From Octopus bimaculoides (taxonomy: Eukaryota): 64,000 nucleotides of DNA. This document shows positions 39,560 through 52,969 of this stretch, one piece after another; the first letter of the stretch is position 1; the number at the start of each line of letters is the position of its first letter. Under the pieces are notes generated by a model. It saw only the letters and a program-made list of their open reading frames with translations. It was not told the origin of the DNA and did not search any database. The stretch is taken from the NCBI RefSeq assembly GCF_001194135.2, contig NC_068987.1, forward strand, positions 24,328,023-24,392,022, read 5' to 3'. Both the position numbers and the translations under genes were made by a program.

Positions 39560-40300
39560 TGTGATTTGAAAGAGATGTGATAGCTACTTCTTGCCGAACC
39601 AATTAATCTCACTTCCAATACTTCCAAGCAGAAATTTATGCAGTCCTTAAATTGCAGCCTTTGTTTATGCTAAGGCTGTTTTCTATGTACAAACTCACCA
39701 TACAGCATTTGTTTATGATACTTTAATCAGTTAGTCATACAAGATGTCTTGTCCATTGAAAACAGTGCCTGAGTATTGTTATCTCAATGCTCAAGACTTT
39801 GGCTTCCTTCAAAATCTCTGTTGACCAGCTGACTTTTGGAATATGTCTTGAACATCTCTGATAAAAGTGCTCAATAACCACATGTTCCATGTCAGAGCAT
39901 CTTTTCCCCATGTATATACATAGACATGTAAATGCTCATGAAATCACATGCAATATGCACATTATTGGTGGCTGTTGATTCTCCTGAGGTCATCTGTCCT
40001 CTAACAAGATTTTGTTCTTATATTCTGCAGAGTGTCCAGAAATTTCCCTTCTCACTAAGCAGGCTGAGTGGAATTGCCAGCTTAATCAGACAACCTGACC
40101 ATGCAACAAATTGTCCAAGGTTACATGTCACCAGTTAATGTTCAGGAATGATCTGACTTTTCATTTGCACATATTGCCTTAAGTGCACTGGGTTATGTGA
40201 TATATTTGCCTAATAGACTTGAAATACTGCAGTTTTCTAAGAAAGAACAGCAAATTGACTGGCATATTCCAAATTCAGTTGATTAGTGATGGTATAGTGA
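39560..40300 (-). mobile_element. Old RTE-like LINE fragment
   Basis: HFYQRCSRHIPKVSW, KQMLYGEF, QRLQFKDCIN resemble the RTE RT C-terminal region. Confidence 0.65.
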
Positions 40301-40514
40301 AGATTTGTAAAGCATTCCCAGGATTCTACATATAGTTTCCTGGGATGAACATATAATCATGCGGATCTTAAGGTGTTTACACATTAACAATAAAATCAAC
40401 ATACCTGTGTACTTAAGTGACCTGAACATTCATTACAAGAGTGCAGGAATGTCTGAACTTATACTTTATATATTTTCATAGCACACTCTGAAAGTATTGT
40501 TGCTAGAATAAGAA

Positions 40515-40990
40515 TAGCAACAAGGCCTCTCTCTCAAAGTGAAAGGCAGACTGTATGATGCTTGCATATGAACAGCTATGCTCCAGATAGAGAGCTGTGG
40601 GCCCTGAATACAGCTGATATGCATAGACTGGAGAGAAATGAAGCTAGTATGCTTCAATGGATGAGCAATATGTGCAACAAAGTGCAAATTTGGTGAGAAA
40701 AGTTGGGCATAAAAGGAATTAGACGTAGCATGCAAGAGAGAAGACTGTGATGGTTTGGACATGTGCATGAATGAAAACAAGTGTATAAAGTAGTGCCAAT
40801 TGCTCAAAGTGAATGGCACCTGTGGAAGAGGGAGATCCAGGAAGACATGGAATGAAACAGTGAGATCTGATGTCAAGATGCTGGGTGTCACAAAGATGAC
40901 AATGGACTGAGATGTTTGATGATATGAGCTTCTTGAAAAGACCCCCATTTCAGCAAAACTGAGTTCTGGAAGTGCTATGTATTCCATCCA
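40515..40990 (+). mobile_element. RTE-clade LINE 3' fragment (same family as 35130-36780, opposite strand)
   Basis: KGLSLKVKGRLYDAC, RLERNEASMLQWM, RGRSRKTWNETVRSD. Confidence 0.8.
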
Positions 40991-42104
40991 CATGTAACAT
41001 TAATTCACACACTCTATCCCAATGAACCAAACTACATCTCTTATTTATTTACTATGCTTATCTCTTCCTCTCCACCCTTGCAGCCCAAAACCATGCTATC
41101 ATCTCTCTCTCATTCTCCCTCTTGCCAGCTGTATCATCACTGTATCTGTGTTTCACCACTTACTGCATTCCCTCCCATCTCCCTCTTTGCACTTATGTGA
41201 ACTCCCTGCTCATGCATCCTAGGCAATCCTCTACCATTCTATTTATATTGACCTCCTTGTATCTTAAGAGTGCACCCTGGTACATCTCTCTCTCTTTCCC
41301 TCTGACTTCTGACTGGGTAACCATGTATCTCCTCTACAGGAAGACATCTATTTTTGTCCCTCTGATTTACTCTAACCTCTCACCACTTGGCACAAAACCG
41401 CGTTCTTCAATACCACTCAGTGGAAGGATCTTTGTCTTTCTGTTTTTCATTTTATAAGCAGTATAAGTATTGAATTCAAAAAGGTGGCCGAAGTTTTTGG
41501 AAAGATAGTGGATAATCTTATGGGCTTCTGCCAAGTCAGCTGCAAGACATTCAAGATATGGTCACTCACCAAAACTATTCATCTAGATGTGTCTCAGGGC
41601 AGTTCCCAGAAAATCGATATTTTGAAGAAGCAAAAAAGTTAGTCAATCATCGTCCTCGCAGTTACAAGGACCTTATCAGGATGACCCCACACACACAAGC
41701 GTCGTCGAGATACAACACATTCAAACCCAGGCTGGCTCAGATGTTAGTAACGTCGTCAATACTCAAACTGAGAGAAAAGTTTTAAGATATCGCGAAATGT
41801 TTTTATTGATAAAAAAAATTGCAGACTTACAATCTCTGATGTTCAAAGTGTTTTTTTAAAGGCATCATAACAATGTTACGGGATGTCTAAAAATCCATTT
41901 TTCTTTCTTTTTTTTTTTTCGCCTTTTAAAATTACTTTACAATTCTGATTATTTCACTAATTTAATGTCATGAACATATCACGGGTTCTAAGCATTATAA
42001 TTTACCGTTTTACCGAAATCGCAAGGGTAATGTGAATACACAGGAAACCAAAGTTATAAAACATAAACTAATAATTTTCCGGGAATCAAGAGACTTTAAA
42101 GAAT

Positions 42105-42415
42105 TCTCTATTGATTAGAGGTAGGTTATTCCTACACAACGAATGCTACTTCCGTTATGCTTGTAATTTTCTGAGGCATGTGCCCTTACACTGTTTATAT
42201 ATTATTTCTTTGCCCGTATTTACAGTGTTAGTAATAATTAATTACCGCCTGTAATTAACTTCAATGATTGTTCATTAACCAGTCGAACACAATAGGGATA
42301 TTCAATAAAAAGCAGTTAAAAATTCTGCCCAATCGATGACCTCATTAATTTCAAATCTCTACTTCAGAACATCTCACATTATTTCATCAATAACTACGTT
42401 TCCATGCAAGTATCA
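42105..42415 (+). promoter_or_regulatory. Predicted promoter/exon-1 cassette of Z5
   Basis: TACTTCCGT 42147-42155; AT|GCAAGTAT at 42405/42406. Confidence 0.55.
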
Positions 42416-42899
42416 TTTATTAATTTTACACATTTTGTATTGAAAAAAGTCTCTCTTGTATTCTTACATTTCTTCTTCTCTTACATAACTTCTGTTCTCT
42501 TCAAGATCCTATTTTCTTTTGTTTCTTCATAGTTACTTCTTTCTCTCATGTACTTCATCTAAATACGGTAATTAATCTAAATTTCAGGAAATTCGTAATA
42601 TTTATTTTAATTCGTTCAACCTCTTCCTTCATTATTTTTGCTCCATATTTTTGGCCGAGGTAAAGAATACGTACACCACCGGTTTTCGGCGTAACAAAAA
42701 CCCTAACCGGGTGTACATATTCTTTTCCTTCGCCATATTTTTATCCCATATCCACTCCCTCGATCGTGTAGTTTTTCGTTGTTCCCTCTTTGTTTCGTCT
42801 TTTATAAAACTTTATTTACTTGAAAAGTTGTAAAGATGTGACCCAAATCTACCGCCTCGCCCCTCGTCCTTTTGTTGCCGACAAAATGCGATTAAAGTT

Positions 42900-43500
42900 T
42901 GGTTACTACTTTCTTGGTTGTTGATATTTTTCAAGACACAGTCGCATGTCCGAGATGTTGTCAGTATTTCATGTAATGTTTTATTGGGTTTTTTACTTTC
43001 TTCCAGCTACAGATTTTAATCTGAAAGTTTTCAAAAAATGTAATTTTGATGTAGTTTTACTTGCTGATGACGAAAAGCGAATTCGTTTTTTCGAAATATT
43101 ATAAAGAAGTTAGAGGCATTTATGGTTACATGTTTTTAGCAAGTGTCCTTAAAGCAGAAGTTGAAACTATTTGTTGTCATGGCAACGCCAGTGTATTGTT
43201 GTGTACACATGCTGCTGGGTGAAAGAATTGACAACTACTAGCTTTTGTAAAGAGGAAGGGGAATACGAATGCTTGCCAGGGGGAGGTTACCATTTCAGTA
43301 GACCGTAGAAATTATTTACTAGATCCATTGAAGATTAGCGGTCCCGATAAAATTGTTGAAATAGACGAAACTGTATTTTCAAGCAGGAAATACAGCCGGA
43401 GTCGAATGCTACCTGAACATAGGGTTTTCGGCGAAGTGTGTCGTTAAACTCGAGAACTTTTTGATTTTGCTGTACCTTCTCCAGATTATGACATTTTTTT
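42900..43500 (+). mobile_element. Merlin/IS1595-like transposase fragment
   Basis: PLKISGPDKIVEIDETVFSSRKYSRSR..VFGEVCR*TRE at 43303-43478. Confidence 0.8.
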
Positions 43501-43552
43501 TCGTCACACGCTTCAAAATAAAAGAGGATAGCCTTTTATAAAAAAAATTTGG

Positions 43553-43702
43553 AAAATTTTTGGTATTTTTTCAGATTAACACCCGCACGATCTTCACTAG
43601 GGTTTTAGGGTCAGGGTTAGTTTTGGGGTTAGGGAATTCCGTCCCTGACCCTAACCCTAACACCCTCGTGCGGGTATTAATCTGAAAAATTACCAAATTT
43701 TT
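43553..43702. repeat. Palindrome with telomere-like (TTAGGG/CCCTAA) inner arms
   Basis: About 38-bp outer arms pair with about 3 mismatches; related half at 7840-7930. Confidence 0.85.
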
Positions 43703-43807
43703 AATCCATCCCCTTCCGCCCCACCCCGGGGCCTTCAGGACGGACTCTTTGATTTTTCATTGAAGTTTCCTCCACCGCCGCCGAGAATGAGAAATAACTT
43801 GTTTTTC

Positions 43808-44599
43808 GGGGCTAATGCAGTTTCGCACCTCTTTGAAAAATGTATTTTCTTGAAAAAGATGTCGGAGATTACTTATATGCAAAAAAAAAATTTCGCCCCC
43901 TCCCCAAATTAAAATCTTTCAGTTTTCTTACTTTAAAGAGATCGTAGCGAATTGACGAACATATGCAAATCGAAATTAAATACAGACAAAAACATTAAAG
44001 TGAAAAGAATTTGATTTTACTTGTGTTTGCCTTAAATAATGGTAAATAATAATATAATGTAAATTAAATATACACCACATCCCCATGTGAGCCATTTTAT
44101 GAAAAACAAACATTAATATTTAATAATTAATGTTATAAAGTTTAATAAGGGGCTCAAATTTCACCCCTCCCCGAATTTAAAATTTTGAACTTTTTCATCC
44201 ATTTATTTATTTGTCTGTCTATTTAACCCTATGTTTATTCATAAAATATATTTGTCTAAACTAAATGTGGTGGTCCTATAGAAGACGATGTTACTGTTGT
44301 TTTTAGCCCCAGAAAGACATTTATCTATCTCTTTATACACCTATCTATATGCTTATTGAATTTAAAAGTTTCAAAACGTAGTTTCTTGCATATCCGGAAT
44401 TTTCGTCATCTAAAACGTAGGGGAAAAAATTTCGAAAAAGTTACAAATTTTAAATGGGAGTGAGGGTGTTGAATTTTTTTTTTTTTTTTTTTTTTTTTTT
44501 GCATATTCGTAGTCTCTGACATCTAAAACGTAGGTATGTAAAACAACTTTTCAAAAAAATGCATTTTTTCAAGGAGAGATACGAAATTGCATTAGCCCC
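43808..44599. mobile_element. MITE with GGGGCTAATGCA TIRs
   Basis: 43808-43915 is the inverted counterpart of about 44455-44599. Confidence 0.75.
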
Positions 44600-45479
44600 C
44601 TTACATGTATCATTTTGTGTAAGTGTTGAAAAAAAAAAATTGCTAAATTTTCAGCTTATAAGAAATGTATGAGTAATTGTAATGGCAATCGCCATAGCTA
44701 GAGCGGTGTGGGGGTGAGTAGTTCCAAATTAATGGACTTTCATGGATTTAAACGAACATTTATGATTTTTAATGAGAAAAGCAAGTTCTCACATTCTGTA
44801 TGTGCGTGTATTCTCAACTACACACAATATTTGTTGAGGTGCAGAAATTTCAGGATGAGGAAATTAATTGGGTAAGATGCAGTTGATGAGTAGAATTTTA
44901 AGTCTGATACTTATTCTGTTGTCAAGCAGTGGTAGAACAAATGCAAAATTTGTGATTTTTATCAGTGATTCAATTGAATCTTTCGATTAGAACATTTGCT
45001 TGAGAAGGCTAGGATGGAACTCTTTGATGTTATTCTGGTATTGTTCTCAAGATGCTTTAAATCTTGTATTTTAGAAACTCTGGGCCTTTGTCAAAAACTG
45101 TTCTTTAGAGAATTCCCCAAAGATGCAAAAACTAATTCCATCAAATTTTGAGTTGCAGTCAATTTCATGGCAAATATCTCTGGCCAATGTGGCACCACAT
45201 CTACTATGATTAATAGGTAGTAAACTCTTGAAATCACACATTTTGTTTGGTTTAATGTGAATATATATCCAATATTGTTAAAAATCAAATCAATGTTATA
45301 GTATGGTGCTTTTTTTTTGTTTTATTTTCTACCATAGATTAGAATATCAGCTGTAATACTATCTTCTAGGTCACCATAGACTAGAATGTCAGCTCCAGTG
45401 TTATTTGTTATGTTGAGATTTAAAGCTTACTGATGAGTTCCTGGAATTCTTCAACTACAGAGAGAATTTCCAGAAACAA

Positions 45480-46200
45480 CCTCTTATAGCAGTATAATTA
45501 GTTGGTGCAATTGAGAAGCTGTATGGTAGCCCATATTAAGATCCAGATTTAGAAAGAAGTTTGATCCAATGAAATTTTCCTGTACCTTTCCAACTGTGGG
45601 TGATATTGATCTTCATACTGAAAATGGCATTTTCACTATATATGTCTATTTTAATGGCTGGTCCCTCTGTTAGGTATACATGATGTAATTCTCTCTTGTA
45701 GACATTTTCTGCATTCAGTAGCTTCACATAGTAACATTTCAAAGCAGATTGTTTTTTTCAGTAGCAGTATGCTACTGTCATTTCAAACTTACTTTTCTCC
45801 AGCATCTTGTTTAACCCCAGCACTATCAAGCATTTTGCTTATGATTTTCTTGTCACAGAACAGTAGCAAACCTCCTCCTTTCAACTTCTCTTCATCTACA
45901 ATTATATTGCTCTTCACTGTCTCATTTTCTTCCAGTCTTTCCAAACCTGTCTTAGAGCTTTTGTGGCCCTGTATACATAATATTCTACTGTTGTCTTTCC
46001 TCTGGATAGAATATTGCTCAAGCCACAGACATATTATGAAGCTTTCAGCACAACTTGTGCATATTCTGTATTATAGATCTCTATCTCCTACTCCTTCCCA
46101 AATAGCTTGCCTAGAACCTCTTTGAAACTGTGTTTAGCAGAAGGATATTTCAATATCCACATCTTTCTTTCCAGTCCAATGTAAGGTAATCATGTTTTTG
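45480..46200 (-). mobile_element. RTE-like LINE fragment (endonuclease-RT linker)
   Basis: LLNAENVY..TEGPAIKID..AIFSMK resembles the pre-RT segment. Confidence 0.55.
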
Positions 46201-46592
46201 TTTGCTAAGATTGATTTAGATATATCTGAAAAGACAGTCTATTAAAGTTTAGTCCAAGTGAAGTAATCTGTTTTAGACCTATTATGGTGTAGATACTAGA
46301 GAAGACACAAGGAAAAGTGGTGTAGATTGAGGAGGCCAACAACCAAAGTTGGGACCAAGTTAAATACCAGTTTTGTATCTATTATAGTGTAGATGTGTAT
46401 TTTTGCTTCGTTAGAATGTTTATAGACCAAATTATAATGATCTGTGTTCATCTCTGAGTGTCTTCATACCAGTTTCACATCAATGTGTCTTTTCCCTTTG
46501 TATATATGTTTTGACTGTTTCTAAGTTATTCCAATAACCTTTATGTTAACATTTCATTGTCCCTAATGTATTATGTTGTCTTTCTTTTTCAG

Positions 46593-46629
46593 CTTATCTG
46601 ATGACATTGAAATAAAAATATTTCACTGA
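46593..46629 (+). other. Predicted exon-2 start of Z5 with micro-ORFs (ATC-LSDDIEIKIFH*; nested MTLK* 46601-46615)
   Basis: tttcag|c acceptor at 46592/46593. Confidence 0.58.
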
Positions 46630-47024
46630 TGAGAATCAACCTTTTAACATTAAGGATAATTTAATGAAGCTGAGGTCAGCCCATTTTGGCAACTCTTGAC
46701 TTAATGGATGAGAAAAACTTCCTTGGAATTGTGATTATGTGCAAAAATCCTTCCTCTGTTATTTATTGAAAGATTCTATGTACAGATTAAACTTTGAAGA
46801 TGTCTTGTACCCTGGATATATATTTTATAAGTGGNNNNNNNNNNNNNNNNNNNNNNNNNNNNNNNNNNNNNNNNNNNNNNNNNNNNNNNNNNNNNNNNNN
46901 NNNNNNNNNNNNNNNNNNNNNNNNNNNNNNNNNNNNNNNNNNNNNNNNNNNNNNNNNNNNNNNNNNNNNNNNNNNNAATATTACCACACTTTGTTAAAGA
47001 TATAAGAAAAAAAGATTAAAAGAT

Positions 47025-48101
47025 ATGGAAAAAAATGCAGAGCCTGAAACTATTGATTCCCTTACTTACAATGAGGAAAATATAGAAGAGAAATCACATG
47101 ATTTATGTGGAGAATTATTCACAAGAAAGAATTTAATTCGGCATCAGTCAATTCACTCAGTCACAAAGCTGTATAACTGTGAAGTTTGTGGAAAGACATT
47201 TACAAGCAGTACTTTGTTAACTAGCCACAAAGATATCCACACTGGAGAAAAATTATACCAATGTTATATCTGTGATGAAAAGTTTTCAACAAAGGACAAT
47301 TTGTCATCTCACACATGTATTCAAACAGCAGAAAGACCATACTGTTGTGATATATGTGGTAAAACATTTTGTAAAAGTGGTCAGTTGTCTTCTCATAAAT
47401 ATATTCATTCAAGAGAGACACCATACCATTGTGATATCTGTGGTCAACCATTTTCTAGAAGTGGTCATTTGATTAACCACAAACGCATCCACACTGGAGA
47501 AAGGCCATACAATTGTGATATTTGTGGTAAAACATTTTCTAGAGTTAGTGAATTATCTTCCCACAAACGTATTCACTTGGGTGAAAGACAATATCACTGT
47601 CATAGCTGTGATAAAATATTTTCTAACAGAACTGATTTGTCTTCTCATAAACATATTAACTCGGGAGGACAAATATACCACTGTGATATCTGTGATACAA
47701 CATTCTCTCAAAGCGGAAGTTTATCTCAACATAAGCGTATTCATACAGGAGAGAAGCCATACCAGTGTGATATTTGCAAGAAAAAATTTTCTACTAGCAG
47801 TTCTCTGTCCACCCACAAACGTACTCATACTGGCGAAAGACCCTACCGTTGTGATATCTGTGGTAAAACATTCACTCAAAGTGGGTGTTTATCTCAGCAC
47901 AAATGTATTCATACAGGAGTAAGACCATACCATTGTGATATTTGTGGTAAAGCATTTTCTACTACTCGTAATTTAACTCGACACAAATGTATTCATACAA
48001 AAGAGAAAGCATACCACTGTGATATCTGTGATGAAACATTTTCGACTAGGGGTCGTTTATCTTCCCACATACGTATTCATACAGGAGAAAGACCATCATA
48101 G
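47025..48101 (+). CDS. C2H2 zinc-finger protein Z5 (358 aa, 11 units plus degenerate first unit)
   Basis: Tandem C2H2 units; atypical HTC finger; one His-to-Asn finger (HKHIN). Confidence 0.92.
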   Translation: MEKNAEPETIDSLTYNEENIEEKSHDLCGELFTRKNLIRHQSIHSVTKLYNCEVCGKTFTSSTLLTSHKDIHTGEKLYQCYICDEKFSTKDNLSSHTCIQTAERPYCCDICGKTFCKSGQLSSHKYIHSRETPYHCDICGQPFSRSGHLINHKRIHTGERPYNCDICGKTFSRVSELSSHKRIHLGERQYHCHSCDKIFSNRTDLSSHKHINSGGQIYHCDICDTTFSQSGSLSQHKRIHTGEKPYQCDICKKKFSTSSSLSTHKRTHTGERPYRCDICGKTFTQSGCLSQHKCIHTGVRPYHCDICGKAFSTTRNLTRHKCIHTKEKAYHCDICDETFSTRGRLSSHIRIHTGERPS

Positions 48102-48351
48102 CACTGAGATTTCTGTTATAAAGCATTGTCACAAAGTAGTAGTTTATTTTGATACAAATATATTTACTGAAGAGAAAGAAAGACCATACCGTTGTGATAT
48201 CTGCAGTGAAACATTTTCNNNNNNNNNNNNNNNNNNNNNNNNNNNNNNNNNNNNNNNNNNNNNNNNNNNNNNNNNNNNNNNNNNNNNNNNNNNNNNNNNN
48301 NNNNNNNNNNNNNNNNNNGTTAACGATATAAAAAAAAAAAGTTTAAAAGAT

Positions 48352-49350
48352 ATGGAAGAAAATGCTGAAATTATTGATTCCGCTACACATACAGAGGGAA
48401 ATAGAGAAGAGAAATCATATTTACATGATTTATGTGGGGAATTATTCACAAGTAAGGATTTAATTCGGCATCAGTCAATTCACTCAGTCTCCAAACTGTA
48501 TAACTGTGAAGTTTGTGGAAAGACATTTACAAGCAGTACTTTGTTAACTAGCCACAAAGATATCCACACCGGAGAAAAATTATACCAATGTTATATGTGT
48601 GATGAAAAGTTTTCAACAAAGGACAATTTGTTATCTCACACATGTATTCAAACAGCAGAAAGGCCATACTGTTGTGATATCTGTGGTAAAACATTTTCTA
48701 GAAGTGGTCATTTGATTAAACACAAACGTATCCACACTGGAGAAAGGCCATACAACTGTGATATTTGTGGTGAAACATTTTCTAGAATTAGTGAATTATC
48801 TTCCCACAAACGTATTCACTTAGATGAAAGACAATATCGCTGTCACATCTGTAATAAAATATTTTCTAAAAGTACTGATTTGTCTTCTCATAAGCATATT
48901 CACTCAGGAGGACGAATATACCACTGTGATATCTGTGATACAACATTCTCTCGAAGTGGAAATTTATTTCGACATCAGCGCATTCATACAGGAGAGAAGC
49001 CATACCAATGTGATATTTGCAAGAAAAAATTTTCTTCAAATGTTAATTTGTCTGCCCACAAACGTACTCACACTGGCGAAAGACCCTACCGCTGTGATAT
49101 CTGTGGTAAGACATTCTCTCGAAGTGAATGTTTATCTCAACACAAGCATATTCATACAGGAGAAAGACAGTTCCATTGTGATATTTGTGGTAAAATGTTT
49201 TCTACGGATCATAATTTAACTCGACACAAATGTATTCATACAGAAGAGAAAGCCTACCACTGTGATATCTGTGATGAAACATTTTCTACTAAGGGTCGTT
49301 TATCTTCCCACATACGTATTCATACAGGAGAAAGACCATCACAACACTGA
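48352..49350 (+). CDS. C2H2 zinc-finger protein Z6 (10 units plus degenerate first unit)
   Basis: ATG at 48352 (MEENAE) in the same context as Z5 (aaagatATGG); the ORF-track start 48019 runs through an N gap and is not credible. Confidence 0.85.
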   Translation: MEENAEIIDSATHTEGNREEKSYLHDLCGELFTSKDLIRHQSIHSVSKLYNCEVCGKTFTSSTLLTSHKDIHTGEKLYQCYMCDEKFSTKDNLLSHTCIQTAERPYCCDICGKTFSRSGHLIKHKRIHTGERPYNCDICGETFSRISELSSHKRIHLDERQYRCHICNKIFSKSTDLSSHKHIHSGGRIYHCDICDTTFSRSGNLFRHQRIHTGEKPYQCDICKKKFSSNVNLSAHKRTHTGERPYRCDICGKTFSRSECLSQHKHIHTGERQFHCDICGKMFSTDHNLTRHKCIHTEEKAYHCDICDETFSTKGRLSSHIRIHTGERPSQH

Positions 49351-49461
49351 GATTTCTGTTATAAAGCGTTTTGACACAAATATATTTACTGAGGAGAAAG
49401 AGAGACCATACCGTTGTGATATCTTCTGTGGAACATTTTCTGGAAGTGGTAATTTTTATCA

Positions 49462-49506
<45 letters not shown>

Positions 49507-51469
49507 CTCACATAGGAAATAAAGCATACTCACATATATATGTGTGTATATATGGTAAAATATTTTCTATAAGCAGCAATGTTTTATAATAAATGTATTT
49601 CTTTAACAGACCACTATCATAACAATGTTTTTATATCCTTTATTTCATACTGGCAATTTAATTTAGTCTGCATTATATTCATTACATACAGTGTTTGTCC
49701 AGGTGAATGTTTCATACTTATTGTTACTATTGATAACTCCAGTTTACCAAGACTTTGATGTCCCAGTCCTCTATCAACCTGCAAGAACATCCCTTCCTTC
49801 TTTGTACACCTGCATTTCTACGCATATCCTCTTATGTCGAACATAATAATATCCACTATTAAACTATACATAAATTTATGCTTTATTGGTCTTTAGGTTT
49901 GTTAACTATTGACCATTCCTTCAAATTTAAACTTTGTGGCAACTTAGTATATCTTTACTATTTACCATCAAAAGAAGAAATCTCAGTGACTTGGAGATAT
50001 AAGAAATGTGTTACAGTATTATTAGAAAGAAAAATAAATTGAAAGAGATGTGGATAGACAGCATTAATGAAGGGATAGAATTCATTAGTGATGTGAATGT
50101 AAGAATGGTATGAGATGGGATCAAATGGATTCCTATGATATTTGACATAGTCTGACCACATAACACACGAGATATTACTTAATATCAATGTAGTTTTTTG
50201 AATAACTTCGGAGCTGTCCATGTCACACTGGTGGCAAATAAAATTGTGAGGGGACTATATCTCTGGTTGTGTGGGACATCTTTTTACCATCTTGTCTATT
50301 GCCAAAAATATACCACTAAACTGGATGATAAAAAGTCTAGAGTTATGTGTTCTTGTGCAGGCAAGATGGTTATATGTTAGGAACTGCAACAGGTGGTCAT
50401 TGTCATATCATCTATAGATAATTTTATGTGTACATTGTAAGGAGATGAAATAAGTTGTGCATGTATAAGTTCAAAACTAATGAAAAAGATTGAAAGCAAA
50501 TGACCTTCAGCACAACATCTATAATTGTTTATTTCATTAAATCAATGGAATATTCAGAATATTTTAATTGTCCTTGGATAGATTAGAAAATATCAAGGGA
50601 GAATATAGACAATTATAACATACTCAAAGCTAATTCAATATATAGTAAGGCATATATTTCACCAGTGTTTTGATATGACTGTTATAGAATTGGTTTATAT
50701 TAGAAGTAGTATAACATGGAACTGGTATTGGGAGATGAGACATATCTAATTTTTTAAATAAATTTATTATAACATTAATTGTGTGTTAACTCTATCTAGG
50801 TTTGTTATTCATGTAGTTGATATTGTAATTGTTTCCATTCAACAGTTTCTCCAGTTGCATTGTCAACATTCTTGACAAAATATGTTAGTATTGTAGAGAA
50901 TACTTTCAAAACAAAAATTGGGTCATCCCATAAACAATGCTTTTTTTAAAAAATTCCTTTTTTTATTTCTCAAAATTAAGATACACAGTGTTCTTTTTTA
51001 ATCTAAAATATACTCTCCTTCATTTTCTACAATGCTCTTCCATCTATCTGGTACACTTGAAAGGCTGCTCTTCCAGTGAACATGGGGAAAATATTTGAAG
51101 TATGTCAGCTAATGATATTTTAGGTAATTTTACTAGATAAAGGAAATAAGAGTTAAATTTGTATTTTTTCATTACAAATTAATACCTCATGTCAAGTTTG
51201 TGATATTGTTTCTTTCATCATAGTGTTTTGATGTCTACCTTTCCATGATTTGCATGGGTGTGACAAAATTCATTGAGGCAGATTTCTACAGGTGGATGCC
51301 CTTTCTCTTGTCAACTCTTGCCTGTTCACAAGCAAGATGATATTTCCCTATAGCTGAGCATGTTTCCAAGGATTGGAAATGAAGGACAAAGCATGTATGA
51401 CAATTACACTCATTTACTATTAGCATATAATGTCATGGTTAGTGGGCACAAATACACCGTGCACAAACA

Positions 51470-51725
51470 CACACACACATATCATCATCACTTTAATGTG
51501 TGTGTATGTATGTATATATATATATATATATGTGTGTGTATGTATGTGTGCATGTACTTGTACGTGCATGTTTATGTTTTATGTGTTTGTTTCTGTTTGA
51601 TGTATGTGTTTGTAGGTGTGTGTATGTATATATATATATATATACATGTATGTGTATATGTATATATACTTAATACAAATAATATATACGTATATATGTA
51701 TATATACATGCATATATGTGTACAG
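51470..51725. repeat. TA/TG/CA microsatellite field (others at 24508-24534, 38240-38296, 49462-49510, 56400-56422, 59138-59172, 62950-63160)
   Basis: Direct reading of low-complexity dinucleotide tracts. Confidence 0.95.
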
Positions 51726-52969
51726 GACATTAAAAAAAAACGTTAAACACAATGAGAAACGAAAGCATAAAAATGAAAACAGAAAACGAACTTTCTTCAG
51801 TTGTCCCTGTCCCATCTACTCCGCGTTTCGAAGGTAAGGACAATGCTCGACTTCGTTGAAACAGTCCTTCCCGCAAAGCAAATTAAATAAAATTTTGGAA
51901 TTTTTGCGGAGGGTGAAACAACAAGACAGTAAAAACAAACGGTGAAGCCTGTTGAGCCAAGACGATGGAAAAAATATGAATGCAAGGAGAATGAACCAAG
52001 AGAGGAGACAGGCGAGGCACGTCTTATGTGAATATGTACTTCTTTATTTTACTTCAAAAAAAAAAAAAATTAATCCAAGTTTTTTTCAAACTTTTTTCCA
52101 TTACACTCAAGCAAAAAATAATTTATGAATTTCTTTCTCTTCGAAAGTCCTCTCCCCACGCCCTCGGAAAAGATGTTCCCCACAAATTTCTTTATAATCG
52201 TAATCTATGCCGTTTGAAAGGTATTATATAAAATTTTATTTCAAAAAACCCCATTTTCCTAAAAGTTATTTGGGAANNNNNNNNNNNNNNNNNNNNNNNN
52301 NNNNNNNNNNNNNNNNNNNNNNNNNNNNNNNNNNNNNNNNNNNNNNNNNNNNNNNNNNNNNNNNNNNNNNNNNNNNNNNNNNNNNNNNNNNNNNNNNNNN
52401 NNNNNNNNNNNNNNNNNNNNNNNNNNNNNNNNNNNNNNNNNNNNNNNNNNNNNNNNNNNNNNNNNNNNNNNNNNNNNNNNNNNNNNNNNNNNNNNNNNNN
52501 NNNNNNNNNNNNNNNNNNNNNNNNNNNNNNNNNNNNNNNNNNNNNNNNNNNNNNNNNNNNNNNNNNNNNNNNNNNNNNNNNNNNNNNNNNNNNNNNNNNN
52601 NNNNNNNNNNNNNNNNNNNNNNNNNNNNNNNNNNNNNNNNNNNNNNNNNNNNNNNNNNNNNNNNNNNNNNNNNNNNNNNNNNNNNNNNNNNNNNNNGAAA
52701 ACTCAGTTGGGTCCCAAAATAATGTACTGCTGTCACATCCATCCCACCCCCAATCTCACTTCGGCCGGCAAACTTCAAGCTCACACGCATGCTATCTTTT
52801 CACAGACTTTTCCGACTCTGTTCATCTCGTCGTCCATTTTCTTTACATTAGTGTAACTCCACCATTATTCACTTCACTCAGTCGTTCTTCCTGAAAAAGC
52901 AAACCCAATTCAATTGCTCATAGATCTGAACGAAATCGTTGAAGCGAAACAAAATATTTATAATAACTC

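Noticed and set aside
51720-52030. Penelope-LTR-like repeat with possible hammerhead (cttcgaaacgcg)
   Set aside because: No intact CTGANGA core in the required position; family could not be assigned by eye.
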